Source of the DNA: Chiloscyllium plagiosum
Lineage: Eukaryota
Length of the DNA stretch: 64,000 nt
Assembly (NCBI RefSeq): GCF_004010195.1
Contig: NC_057744.1
Coordinates: 18,789,107-18,853,106 of the forward strand
Direction of reading: 5' to 3'
Below are positions 26,318-37,789 of the stretch, piece by piece; positions within the stretch are counted from its first letter, which is position 1, and every line of letters begins with the position of its first letter. The notes beneath the pieces are model-generated. The model did no database searches, had not been told where the DNA came from, and was given only the letters and a program-made list of their open reading frames with translations. Both the position numbers and the translations under genes were made by a program.

Positions 26318-26817
26318 NNNNNNNNNNNNNNNNNNNNNNNNNNNNNNNNNNNNNNNNNNNNNNNNNNNNNNNNNNNNNNNNNNNNNNNNNNNNNNNNNNN
26401 NNNNNNNNNNNNNNNNNNNNNNNNNNNNNNNNNNNNNNNNNNNNNNNNNNNNNNNNNNNNNNNNNNNNNNNNNNNNNNNNNNNNNNNNNNNNNNNNNNNN
26501 NNNNNNNNNNNNNNNNNNNNNNNNNNNNNNNNNNNNNNNNNNNNNNNNNNNNNNNNNNNNNNNNNNNNNNNNNNNNNNNNNNNNNNNNNNNNNNNNNNNN
26601 NNNNNNNNNNNNNNNNNNNNNNNNNNNNNNNNNNNNNNNNNNNNNNNNNNNNNNNNNNNNNNNNNNNNNNNNNNNNNNNNNNNNNNNNNNNNNNNNNNNN
26701 NNNNNNNNNNNNNNNNNNNNNNNNNNNNNNNNNNNNNNNNNNNNNNNNNNNNNNNNNNNNNNNNNNNNNNNNNNNNNNNNNNNNNNNNNNNNNNNNNNNN
26801 NNNNNNNNNNNNNNNNN
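26318..26817. other. Assembly gap (500 N)
   Basis: Run of N. Confidence 1.
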
Positions 26818-27096
26818 CCAACCTATTAATAGATGACACTTACCAGACTACTGATCTGATAGGTTAGCACTAAAATCTTAATCTCTTAATCATATACTTT
26901 AGGAAGACCACTAGATTATTTAATTGAATTAAATGCTCCCAACCAATACAATGGTATTACAGTTGTTTGCAATATAATTTAATTAGGAACAAGCAATTCA
27001 GCTACTTTGTTTTTAGAAATTAGAGTGTGAGAGGACAGAATTGGTGAAATCAATGTATGTGACCTTAGCCCTGCAAGTTGATTTCTTTTGAAATAA

Positions 27097-27306
27097 GTCA
27101 GGATTTACATGACATCAAGTTACAGTGCAACAGGTTTATTTGAAATCACAAGCTTACAGAGTGCTGCTCCTTCAAAAGGTGACTTCGCATGACGAAGAAG
27201 CAGCGCTCCAAAAACTTGTGATTTCAAATAAACCTGTTGGACTATAATCTGGTGTCATGTGACTTCTAACTTTGTCCACCCCCAATCGGATATCGGTACA
27301 TCCACA
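27097..27306. mobile_element. Fold-back insertion of two inverted Penelope-type terminal repeats (family B)
   Basis: caacaggtttatttgaaatcacaag / cttgtgatttcaaataaacctgttg inverted arms; 13-bp duplication TCTTTTGAAATAA at 27084-27096 and 27307-27319. Confidence 0.8.
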
Positions 27307-27612
27307 TCTTTTGAAATAATGCATCGCACCTGCTTATACTGTCCTCACAGGTAGTGAGTTCTACTATCTTTGCAGGCATTCTTTTCCATCACTCTCACAG
27401 GCACTGAGTTCTACAGTGCTCACAGGCTCTGTTTTCGATTGCTACTAAAGAGCAATGTTCCCAGGTTGCTGGCCCTTTGCTAGAGATAGAGTGGCCCATC
27501 GGTCTCATGGGTAGATTGCCAGTTCCAAGAAGGTGGCCTTCCAGCAAATGGCTGGATAGTGGCACTACACGGGGATTGTTGCATGATGCCAGTGCTGACA
27601 CCGGAGGGTTTA

Positions 27613-28308
27613 CAGAGGTACCTCGATTATCTGAATACCAATTATCTGAAAATCGGATTATCTGAAGGAGATCTCAAGGTCCTGATGGAAACATCACATC
27701 AAAGACGTGTTTCCACAGTGATCACGTCTTTTGTTTACAGTGATTAAACAGGCACCGTCTCCAAATGACTGTCTGCCCACCCTCTCTCTGTCCCACACTT
27801 TCCCTGGAGTTCTACACAGGGGTGTACCCTAAACCTCCCCCCCCCGTCCCTAGATAATCTCTACAACATTGCCCTGTACAAAGCAAAGGTGGAATCTGTC
27901 AAAAAGTTGCAGTTAAACATTGTGTGTGAGGCTGTGGCTGTGTGTGTGTGTGTGTCTGGTGTGTGTATGTTATTTGGAGACATACCCCACAAAGGCAACT
28001 TGCAGCAGTCTTGTTGTTGGTGTCCAGCCCAGCTGCCCCGGAGAGGGGGCGGGTATGTACGGGATTGGGGGCAAGGGGGCGGTGTTGGATGGAGTTGGGG
28101 CGGAGGGGCAGTTGTGGGTGGGGACGTGGAGTCGGGGGCAGGGAGGTTCGGCCTCGCGTCCTCTGTGTTGCTGCATTCTCCTGAATGGGGAGCAGACTTT
28201 AAAAACTCCGAGCCCCAGAGGAAAGGCATTTATTCGATTAACTGAATAATCAATTATCCGACTGAAATAGTGCCCGCTCATCACGTTCGGATAATCGAGG
28301 TTTCCCTA
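27613..28308. mobile_element. Non-autonomous Tc1/mariner (Tigger-like) DNA transposon
   Basis: Terminal inverted repeats CAGAGGTACCTCGATTATC / GATAATCGAGGTTTCCCTA, flanked by TA. Confidence 0.75.
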
Positions 28309-29278
28309 TATTTCCATTCTCCTGGCCCCAAAATGACTCTAAATTGCCTCATCCTGGCATCATCACCTAGGAAGTGCTACTTCCTGCATAAGAACCTGAA
28401 AACCATCCTGATGACTGAACCTCCAGCACTTCAACAAAATCTCACTCTGTATACAGGTAACAATCCTGCCTGGCCTCTCCTGAGGTTCATTCTTGTGCGC
28501 TTAATGAAAACAAGATGGAAGCCCGGGCTGCCCATGGCGATCTCCAGCAAGTAGAGTCCAAGCATCAAAGTTTGGAATTCTCATACCTACCTGCTACTTG
28601 TTTTAAATCATCGCCGAATCTATTTCTTCCCCCAGATGGTGTTCCAATATCTTTTTTATCAATATAAATTTACACTGCCAGAATTATTATACACATAATC
28701 AATAAATTCAGGAAAAAGCCTGCATTCTAACAACTTGAATTTATTTCTATATTTCCCTTCCCAGGACACCCACAAACCTTTTACAAGATGAGCTTCATGT
28801 CTCTAATTACAAATTGCTGGTGATTTTTATGACTTGTCAAAGATTAAATGGAATTCAGGAATGCATTACCTAGCACTACAGTACAATATGTACATGATAT
28901 ACATTATGTACAAAATGAATTAAACTGTTTTCCCCACAGAGACTGTTCTGTATTGACTAAACTGTGAAGTTTAAAGTCTTCCATTGTTCAATATTTTACC
29001 TCATGACTGTGCAAAATGAAAATCTAGCATGTCTTGCTTAATGTACACCTCTGGTTTCCAGCTGTGGTTTAATTCTGGGCCATCTGATCTAGCAATTACT
29101 GGAGCAGTTATTACAGCAATTAGTTGCTCTAATCTGTGTGCTTTCAGCACATGACCTGTTCAAACACTGCCTTAATTTTATTTTCTTTGTTAAATTCATT
29201 TTTGAGAGCCTCAAAACTTAGCACTTGAAATGCAGAATCATTGGATGAAATCTTAAACAGAAGGACACATGCAAAAGC

Positions 29279-29442
29279 TAGGAGAAAGTGAGGACTACAG
29301 ATGCTGGAGATCAGATTCAAAAGGTGTGGTGCTCGAAAAGCACAGCAGGTCAGGTAGCATCCGAGGAGTAGGAGTGTCAATGTTTTAGGTATAAGCCCTT
29401 CATCAGGAATGGGTTATTACTGATGAAGGGCTTATGCCCAAA
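29279..29442. mobile_element. Family A Penelope-type repeat with a short inverted hammerhead-like segment
   Basis: taagcccttcatcag is followed by ctgatgaagggcttatgccc. Confidence 0.7.
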
Positions 29443-29526
29443 ATGGCTGAATGGGCTGTTTCCACATTGTAGGGTTTCTATGATTCACCTTCATGATTGT
29501 TCTCTGAATGTCTCCAAGGTAATGGG

Positions 29527-29741
29527 AGAAAGTGAGGACTGCAGATGCTGGAGATCAGAGCTGAAAATGTGTTGCTGGAAAAGTGCAGCAGGTCAGGCAG
29601 CATCCAAGGAGCAGGAGAATCGACGTTTCGGGCATGAGCCCTTCTTCAGGAGTCTTCATGAGCCCTTCTTGAACATCGATTCTCCTGCTCCTTGGATGCT
29701 GCCTGACCTGCTGCGCTTTTCCAGCAACACATTTTCAGCTC
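29527..29741. mobile_element. Fold-back family A insertion with an intact hammerhead-like core
   Basis: Arms at 29558-29627 and 29672-29741. 15-bp duplication CTCCAAGGTAATGGG at 29512-29526 and 29739-29753. Minus strand reads CTGAAGA-A-GGGC-TCAT-GCCC-GAAA-CGTC. Confidence 0.85.
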
Positions 29742-30959
29742 CAAGGTAATGGGTCCAACTTTACAAAAAAAAGCATCAGTGTTCTGTTATGCTAGTAATG
29801 CTGTTTCAACTTATAGGTGCAAGCCTCTATGGTAAATGCAGTTCTGTTTCTAACTTCTGCATTTACTTAATCTACAAGGTTTTCATTACCTTTGCTGATG
29901 GTCAATATCACTGAACGCAAATGGCAGGATGATTGATGTCTATTGTTAGGTTTCCCCTACTGATTATAACTACAATATTAACAAGGAATGTCCATATTCC
30001 TTTAGCAATCAACTAGCCATGGGCCTAATTCAGCAGTTCTTAGTTACGGAAACTGGGGCCTTTTTGGACAGAACTGCAGTACCCTTTGGCTTCAGCAGTT
30101 TCAGTAAACTACTTTATCATAAAGGGTAAAAACAGCTAGATTGTTAGAGGCAATTTGACGATTCTATAGTCACAGCTAATTCATAAAGCTTTCTTATCTT
30201 TTAATTTTAAAGATTAATATTTAATATATTGCAAATACAATAAATAAATAGAAATATTCAAATATAGATTAGCTTCTTCAGTTAATGTCTTTTAAAAAGC
30301 AACTTATCTTTTGTTGAGAATTTTTTTTTAAAAGAAGGCCTACCAAGTACTTACAATTTTCTCTTCTGCTTACCTCTTCCATGGAATTATCTGACCTTTG
30401 CCCTATTATTACATACCTTATTTATATTGTAAGAGGAAAAAAGTACTGCTACAAAGTATCAAACATGGATAGAGTCAGAGTAATAAACAAAGTTTGAGAC
30501 TTTTAACATATTTTTATCAAGTTTTCTGACTTACTGAGTATTCACAATTTACTTTGCAATTCAAATTAGCACATCCTAGAATATTAGTGTTACTATGGCT
30601 ACATCTATGATGTAAGCGCTTCAGTTAGCTGTTTAAAATTAAATGCTGGGATAATGTCACATTACAAGGATTGGGCTTTAGCTGAAATGATTGTGATGCA
30701 ATTTAAGACCTAGATGAATTATGATGCCACACTCTTTCCTTGTCCTTGTGTTTAGAAGAATAAAACATTACAGCTCTGAAGTAGAGTCACATGGGACTCA
30801 ATACATTAATTCTCTCTCCAGGAATACTGCCTGAACTGCTGAGTTGCTCCACCATTTTGTTTTCCTTAATTTTTGATTTCAATGTTTACAGTATTTTGCT
30901 TTTAATACAGATTCTCTGAGCAGTTTGCCAACAACATGTCTTGGGGTAATTCTGAGGGT

Positions 30960-31345
30960 TAGCACATTGTACAATGGCTGGATACAAGACCTTATAAGGA
31001 GATGTTGAGTAGGTTGGGCCAGTACTATTTGGAGTTTAGAAGAATGAGTAGGAACCTTATTGAAACATGCAAGATTTTTAAGGGACTTGACAGGGAAGAT
31101 GCAGACAACATCTTGTGAGAGAGTCTAGGACCAGAGGAAATAATCTCAGAATGAAGGGTTACACATTTAAGGTAGAGATGAGGAGGAATTTATAGGGTAG
31201 TGAATCTGCAGAATTTTTATCACAGAGGACTGTCACAGCTGTGATATTAAGTATGTTCATTGCTGAGATAGAGAGTAAGGGAATCGAAAGTTATGGGAAA
31301 AAGGCAGGAAAATGGATTTGAACATTATCAGATCAGTCATCTGAT
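30960..31345 (+). mobile_element. Old CR1 LINE 3' fragment
   Basis: gagtttagaagaatgag...cttattgaaaca RT tail. Confidence 0.65.
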
Positions 31346-31359
31346 TGTATGTCCTTTCA

Positions 31360-32100
31360 TTTCTTTTAATTGGCTCTTCTTGGTCCTCCCAACAAACTGT
31401 GTAATTTCACACATGTCCACTTATTCAACCAGTCTATGTCCTCCTCTTGAAATCTCCCATTACCCTCCTAACAGATCACCCAAATCATGTCATCTGCAAA
31501 CTTTAAAACTACATCCTGAACAAACAAGTCCAGGCCATTAATAAACACCAAGGGTCCTATTACCAACCTTGGGTGCACTCACTACATTCCTTCCACCAGT
31601 CTGAAAAACAACCATTTACCACTAATTTGGTTCTTATGACTGTCAACGTTATATTCATGCTATCACCTTCCCTTTTATTTCATGGGTTTGACTTTTGCTG
31701 ACAAATCTATTATGTGGCATTTCATGAAATACCTTCTGGAAGTCCATATTCTCATTACCCTCATTTACCCTCTTTGTTATGTTCATCACTCAAATTAATA
31801 ATCTCAATTTGCCTTTATCCATACTAGCATCCTTTAATTAATGTACATTTGTCTACATATCTGATTTTATCCCAGATTATCATTTACTAAAGCTTTCCTA
31901 GTGTCAAGGTTAAAATAACTAGCCTGTAACTGTTAGACTTATTCTTGTATTCCTTTTTGAACAAGGTGCAAGCAATTGCAATTCTCCAGTCCTGTGGCAC
32001 CACTTTTAAGAAGATTCTGGTCACTACCTCAGTGATTTCCATTCTTATTCCCATCAGCATCCTTAGATGCATCTCCTCTGGCCTTGGTAATTTATCAACT
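31360..32100 (-). mobile_element. Old CR1 LINE RT fragment
   Basis: VPQDWRIA...LFKK...SYRLVIL on the minus strand. Confidence 0.65.
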
Positions 32101-32254
32101 TTGAAAATATCTTAATAAGTTATCCTTATTATGCACATATCAGAAAGGGTTGAGGATTCTGTTCAATTTCCCAGCCCTGTCATTTCCATTTGTTTCCAGC
32201 CTCCATTTTTAAATCCTATGTCCAACTCATTCATGCGCTCAAAGCCATTGCACT

Positions 32255-32548
32255 GTGGATGGCACAGTGGCTAGCATTACTGCCTCACAGTGCCAGTGAC
32301 CCAGGTTCAATTCCTTGGGTGATTGTCTGTGTGGAGTTTGCACATTCTCTCCGTTTTTGTCCAGATGCTCTGGTTTCTTCCCACAATCCAAAAGACGTGC
32401 AGGCTAGATGAATTGGCTATGTTAAATTACCCATAGTGTTAGGTGCATTAGTCAAAGGGAAATGGGTCTAGGTGGCTTACTCTTCCGAGGGTTGGTGTGG
32501 ACTTGTTGATCCCTAATGGCCTGTTTCCACACTGTAGGGAATCTAATC
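32255..32548 (+). mobile_element. tRNA-head SINE with LINE-derived tail
   Basis: A/B boxes; ends cctgtttccacactgtagggaatctaatct. Confidence 0.85.
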
Positions 32549-32771
32549 TTCGTTGAGGTGTCTAAATTCTCTCTTTCATGTTTAATTCTCCTGTCATTAC
32601 TTTTTAAAGCTTTTCTGAATTCATCCATTTTGCTGTCTGGCTTTAATAATATTCCAGGTCTTTCCATGAGCTCACTCTATTTGACTTCGTCCTTCTCAGT
32701 GATTTCTTTCACAGTCTCACATCTGCTTGTTTTCCATTTGAGTCATTCTTAACTCTTTCAATGTAAACGTT

Positions 32772-33112
32772 TCCTTTTTTTAAAAAATTTAACCCCCACA
32801 CTATCACTTAAGTGCGGTAGTGCTTATTTTTTCCTCAGCACCCATAGTGTGTGTGTATACGTGTGAGACACAGTGAAAGACACAAAGTGCACGAATCTTT
32901 ATTCAATTTCCACCACCAGGAAGATAGGAAAACACCCGAGTGGCCAGTGACAAGCAATGCCCTTCACATCGAAGGGCAATGCTGTGTGATCAAAACAGTG
33001 AAGGGGAGGGTAGGGACTAAATCAAAATAGAGTTGGAGGGGGAAATAATGCACTCCACTCCCCGGGGCGCCCACCTCTCCCTGAACAGCTCCAGGGTGTT
33101 GGTGGACACCGC
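32772..33112 (-). mobile_element. Tx1/L1-clade non-LTR retrotransposon 3' end
   Basis: Minus strand reads AVSTNTLELFRERWAPRGVECIISPSNSILI*, then a 3' UTR and A-rich tail. Confidence 0.6.
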
Positions 33113-35043
33113 AAAATGTTTCCTGTTATCTGTTAATTTGATGTCAACTTTCATCAAAACAGAACTTATTTAGATTATTAGGATCTGGAAGTAGAATGTA
33201 AACTCTCAGCTCTGTGAATATTTAACTGTTTGCTTCAATAACATAATAAGAAATAGGAACGGGAGAAGGCTGTTCAGTCCCGCGAGCCTGCTCTGCCATT
33301 CAAAAGATCAATAAAATGCAACATCGAACACATCTCCACAAGTTTGAAATTTAAAGAGTATCTGGTTACAGATAAGAATTTAAAAAGTTACAGTTTAAAT
33401 TCTTAAGAATCATGGAGGTGTTGACCTGGAACCACTATTGTTTACTTGGAGACTGATATTCTCAGATGTAGTGAAATCAGTTCTGAATAAATAGTTGTTT
33501 TCTGGCTTATTGTTTCACTGAACACTATTTTCAAGATGAGGAAGAAAGAGGGAGGTAGACTTCCTGTTTTTGCTATTGAAAATCGATTATCGATTATTCT
33601 TTCTGTCTGCTACTGTGCTAAGCAGCTACTAAAATATAGTAGATTTCTGTACTCCCAATTCTGGCTACTTTGTTTTTCTAAGCTGGATATTTACAGCTAA
33701 CCTTTCAATTCCAATATATGTGCAACTTTTCATAAAATTGTAAACTGAAAAGATGAGTTTCTTGAAGCCTAATTCTATCAATTTGTTTTGATGTCTCCAG
33801 TGGTTTTCTGAATTTACTTAACTTTGTGGGAAGATGATTGGTTTAGCTAATTTAGGTTAGTGATGTCTTTTTAAAACTATTTTAGGCTCTGAAAATCTCA
33901 GATTTAAAATCAAGTGATACAAGTTGACACTTCGTAGCCCATATTTACCATTCACATGACACTGCTTATATTAATAAAAGCATCTTCTAGTACAGACTGC
34001 TGATTATTTAATTTCACACATTTATTTCTTACTAACAGTTGTCACAATTACTGACATTTAAACCCTGAATTGGATAAAGAATTATTTGCTAGAATCAGTT
34101 CTCTTTATATTGCTAAATTTTTATTGTAGTTTTAGCAACAAACAAAATCAAAGCTGCAACAGTCACTTCTTACAAAGATAGCCTCAAGCTAAAATAGCCT
34201 AAAATCCAACAAAAAGACTGTGTAAAACTCAAAAATCAAACATAAGCATTGTTTTTCAAAAGTGATATTACTTAAACTACTCTTGATTGCACTACATTAA
34301 TTTGATTGAAATCTCACTAGGCTCCAGCAGATGCTTGCAGGCATTTGGAGGCAGGAACAATTACAACATTTAAAACGCATCCAGATGGGCATAAGAATAG
34401 AACGGCTTAATGGGCCAAATGCTGGCAAATGGGATTAGGTCAGATTGCGATGTCTGGATGAATTGGACCGAAGGGTCTGGTTTCCATGCTGAATGACTCT
34501 ATTCCTTGAGTATTTCATCACACAATTTGGAACCAGACCTATTTTACTGACATAAAATGTTAAATGCTTTCCTGTGGTAAGACTACAATGAATTATAGAA
34601 TTTAATGCTGCAACCCAGTGCAGCGATTCGTAATATTTTTATTTATTTCTAAACAGGTGAAATCTGTTATGTAACAGGATTATTTAAGGTGAAATCCTGT
34701 TGTAATGAGGGAATAACATTCTGTTATCATGGGAATTATTTTCACAACACAGCATTGTTTTCCTATTGTTTTATTCAATAAAAATAAGTTATTTACTTGA
34801 ATGCTAAAATAAGTAGGGCTAAATTTTGACAGCTAAATATGTACTTTTGTTATTATGCATATATTTCTTCATGGGCAAACTGAATGTGTTTGTCAAGTTT
34901 TAGTTCTGATATGTAACACTGGCAATGATATAGACACAATGTCTGACAGTACATCTTCATTTGAGACCAAGCTCTCTGACAGCAACACATCTGGCAAGAG
35001 AAGAGTATGGTAATAGAGAAATAAGCCTATGTTTGTAATGATG

Positions 35044-35169
35044 TTAGCTTCCTGCAGAGGGGGTATTTTCATGCAGGTTTTGTAGGGCTAGATCAGTCCA
35101 TTTCATATCTTGTTCATTAATAGATTCAGTCGTTCCTCCATTATCCTGTTCAGGTTCTGGAAGTTCACT
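35044..35169 (-). CDS. ANAPC13: ANAPC13 coding exon 2
   Basis: tctttgtag|SELPEPEQDNGGTTES...GS*; minus-strand AATAAA at 34770-34775. Confidence 0.96.
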   Translation of the reverse strand, partial: SELPEPEQDNGGTTESINEQDMKWTDLALQNLHENTPSAGS

Positions 35170-36852
35170 CTACAAAGACAAAGAAAGAGTGGAATTGTTA
35201 AGACTGCTGTCTTAGTTCATGAAACTAACTCCTGGGTTCCAGGGATTGTCCTATGGGGAAAGATTAAATACACTGGGCCTATGATCGTTTGAGTTTTGAA
35301 GAATGAAAGGTGATCTCATTCAAACATACAAATTTTTTACAATGATCAATAGGGCAGGTGGTGGAAGGATATTTTCCTGGCTGTGGTGCCTACAGGCAGG
35401 TACACAATCTCAAAAATATGAGGCAGACCATTTAGAACTGAGAAGAAAAGCATGGTCTTCACTGAGAAAATTGTGAATATCTGAAATTCTCTGCCCCCGA
35501 GGGCTGTGGAGGGTCAGTCATTGAGTATTTCAAAATTGAGACTGATAGATTACTACACATTAAACAAAAAGAGAAATATAGGAATAATGGAGGAAAAAAA
35601 AGTGGTCTGAAATAGGGCACCAGCCATGATCTCACTGAATGGTACAGCTGGCATGTAGGGCTAAATTACCTATGGGGAGAATGTGAGGACTGCAGATGCT
35701 GAAGATCAGAGTCGAGAGTATGGTGCTGGAAAAGCACAGCAGGTCAGGCAGCATCCGAGGTGCAGGAAAATCGATGTTTCAGGCAAAAGCCCTTTGTCAG
35801 GAATTTCTTCTGTTATGCCTCGACAGATTTTCTATGGCAACGGGCCACTTCATGCTTTAATTACCCAGGGGATACTAACAAGTAGAGCTTGCTTACTTCA
35901 ACTCCTAATGGTGTAGTATGTGACATTTCAACAAACAACTTCCTCTAAACAGAATTTATTTACAGAAAAAAAGGATGTTAACACCATAAAAAATTCCAGC
36001 ACGCTCTAGATGTTTAGTGCATATGGAGCAATTTAATGACTCTCACAAATTTCCCAATGACCTTCACATGAATGAACGTGGTGACACACATTTTTAAAAA
36101 ATAGATAGAAACACAGCAATACCAAATAATAAACAACAATTTAAGATTATAAACCATAAGACACAGCAGCCCATTGCATCTGTTCCACCATTCAACAAGA
36201 TCATAGATGATCTTATACCCCTCAAACTCCACTTTCCTGTCATTCCATCAACACCCTTTATACTTTTCCACCAGCTTCCCTTCTTGCTTCTTGGTTAAAT
36301 GTGTCTAATTCAGTGGCTGACTTTTCTGAGACAATTACAATCTTAAAAAAAAATCTAGAATCAATACAAAAAAAAAACTAGAAAAGTCTGCTTCGTTTGC
36401 CAAAATAGGAGGCAGTCATTCTCTTGCTTTCATTTTGCCACATACGTATAGAAAGTGAGGGCTGCAGATGCTGGAGATCAGAGCTGAAAATGTGTTGCTG
36501 GAAAAGCGCAGCAGGCCAGGCAGCATCCAAGGAACAGGAGAATCGACTTTTCGGGCATAAGCCCTTCTTTCCCGAAACGTCGATTCTCCTGTTCCTTGGA
36601 TGCTGCCTGACCTGCTACGCTTTTCCAGCAACACATTTTCAGCACATACGTATAGAGGCTGCTCTCACATTTTAACTGATTTTGCATTCCAAAATGATGC
36701 GCCTTCATACAATTATTATTAAGACACTACACAAGAACGGATTCTGTACATACTAGTGGTATTTCCACATCTTCATACGGCAGTTTGTCCTCACGCCATG
36801 CATCATCAATAAGGTCCAGAATTCTGCCATCTCTTTGTACTTCACTGTCCAT
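35044..36852 (-). CDS. ANAPC13: Anaphase-promoting complex subunit 13, spliced CDS, 74 aa
   Basis: Exons 36852-36754 and 35169-35044 join to MDSEVQRDGRILDLIDDAWREDKLPYEDVEIPL-SELPEPEQDNGGTTESINEQDMKWTDLALQNLHENTPSAGS*, recognisably vertebrate APC13. The intron is GT-AG, phase 0. The ORF track misses this gene. Confidence 0.97.
35240..35670 (+). mobile_element. Old CR1 3' fragment in the ANAPC13 intron
   Basis: gaagaatgaaaggtgatctcattcaaacatac RT tail. Confidence 0.65.
35676..35805 (-). mobile_element. Family A Penelope-type terminal repeat
   Basis: Same sequence family as 29527 and 36453. Confidence 0.75.
36453..36643. mobile_element. Fold-back family A insertion in the ANAPC13 intron
   Basis: Arms at 36483-36555 and 36571-36643; 14-bp duplication CACATACGTATAGA at 36439-36452 and 36643-36656. 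Confidence 0.85.
36754..36852 (-). CDS. ANAPC13: ANAPC13 coding exon 1 (exon starts at acceptor 36868)
   Basis: tacttcag acceptor, 16-nt UTR, ATG at 36852, donor CTA|gtatgt. Confidence 0.96.
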
Positions 36853-37789
36853 ATATCCTCTGTTGGCACTGAAGTATGCACAAACACAATACAAAAAATA
36901 TGGGATTTAGTAAACATAAAGCATATGTATCTCATTTATTATACTCCCACCTGACTCATTTTGATATTTTGAGCTCCTTAGTTCTTTATTCAAAGGAAAT
37001 GAGTCTGTCACACCCCATGTTCAGTTAGTTACATTTTCACCTCCAAATTAAAAGTTTGTGTTAAAAGTGCCATTCAAGGTCCTGAGCATGAAACCTTTCA
37101 CTGACATTACAGTTAGTTGCACTGTGGGAAGTGCTGTCATTCGGATGAGATATTTAACTGATGCTGAATTTTTTCCTTTCGGATGGGTGTAAAGGATGCT
37201 CTTGACCTATCCACAAGTGAAGCAGGGGAGTGATCCGGGCATAGTGTTCAACATCCAATTTTCAAACATCATCACAAAAAAAGATTATCTATACTTAATT
37301 ATGATGCTACTTGTGGGAGCTTGCTCTGTACAAATGGAGTGGTGGTGGCCTACTGGTGTTGTCACTGGAGTAGCAATTCAGAACCCTAAACAAATACCAC
37401 AAGACAATATTCTGAATCTCACTATGGCAATGAAATTTGAATTCAATAAAAAAACTGGAAGAGAGAGATACCATAACGGTAACTGTATAATCACTGTTGA
37501 TTGTCATAATAACTGACCTGGTTCACTACTGTCCTTTAGGGAAGAAAATCTGCATCCTTACCTGGTCTGCTGAGATATCACTTCAGATGCACAACAACGT
37601 GGTTGATTCCTAACTGCTTTCTAGATAGTTAGGGATAGGTAATAAATACTGGCCTAAGCGAAACCCATGTCCTGCAAAAGAGTAAAAATAATTACATGAC
37701 TATATAGCAAGAGTACTTAGTTGGCTTCAAAGCACATTGTAAGATCTGGTGGTTGTGAACAGTACTAATGAAATGCAAGACTTTTACTT

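Noticed and set aside
26195-26867. Long ORFs spanning the first gap
   Set aside because: Artefacts of translating N runs.
27861-28284. Cluster of overlapping 80-120-aa ORFs
   Set aside because: GC-rich, microsatellite-containing interior of a non-autonomous DNA transposon.
36753-36935. 60-aa minus ORF in the track
   Set aside because: Wrong frame; the real exon is ANAPC13 in another frame.
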